From a virus, in UHGV virus genome UHGV-0019103: 17,255 bases of DNA; one strand, given 5' to 3'. This document shows positions 17,121 to 17,255 of the stretch, in pieces (positions within the stretch are counted from its first letter, which is position 1; each line of letters opens with the position of its first letter). The position numbers and the translations under genes are program-made. Below the pieces are notes generated by a model. That model saw nothing but the letters and a program-made list of their open reading frames with translations, made no database searches and was not told the origin of the DNA.

Positions 17121-17206
17121 TGATTGTGCTGGTCGTGTTGTTATCGCTGGCGGTGGCGGGGCTGTTTCTGGCGAAGCATGCGTATTACCGTGAAGGAGAT
17201 CGGTGA
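17108..17206 (+). CDS. Short ORF with one hydrophobic helix (32 aa) at the expected lysB position; possible truncated spanin
   Basis: ATG 17108 overlapping the lysA 3' end; MSKLMIVLVVLLSLAVAGLFLAKHAYYREGDR then TGA at 17204-17206. Same frame stays open after the stop to the window end. Real gene, truncated lysB or readthrough cannot be resolved here. Confidence 0.3.
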   Translation: MSKLMIVLVVLLSLAVAGLFLAKHAYYREGDR

Positions 17207-17255
17207 GTAACATCGATGGAGATCGGTTCGTGTCACTTTCACAGAACCGTTTTTA

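Larger units (their letters stand above)
51..17255. mobile_element. P2-like temperate phage or prophage, partial; continues beyond the window end
   Basis: Collinear P2 gene order (att, int, C, cox, B, A, cos, Q, P, O, N, M, L, X, Y, K, lysA) with product lengths equal to those I recall for P2. Window ends inside the lysis region, so the tail genes and far attachment site are not visible. Confidence 0.9.

Noticed and set aside
1-17255. CRISPR arrays, tRNA/rRNA genes, insertion sequences
   Set aside because: No regularly spaced repeat-spacer pattern, no tRNA-like cloverleaf candidates and no transposase-like ORFs or terminal inverted repeats noticed on reading; absence is by eye only, not by tool.

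Overview
The window is the first ~17 kb of a P2-like (Peduovirus-type) temperate phage genome, most likely an integrated prophage beginning at its attachment site. Gene order, orientation and product lengths track the P2 map: att core (51-77), int (-), C repressor (-), then rightward cox, orf78-like, B, four small early ORFs (one a TraR/DksA C4 zinc finger) and replication initiator A. After the cos site come the leftward packaging genes Q (portal) and P (large terminase), then rightward O, N, M, L, X and the lysis cassette Y, K, lysA. The one segment that breaks this P2 backbone is an AT-rich insert (~5.84-9.18 kb) lying between the end of A and cos, where P2 itself carries orf91/tin/old. It holds a single 1011-aa ORF with an N-terminal SIR2-like NADase signature (TTNFD, HLHG, GYAGWDD) and a long lysine/glutamate-rich C-terminal region. 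I read this as a candidate single-gene NAD-depleting abortive-infection defence protein (DSR-like or SIR2-STAND-like); its family and novelty cannot be settled without database searches. Everything here is from reading the sequence and from remembered P2 biology; no searches were run.
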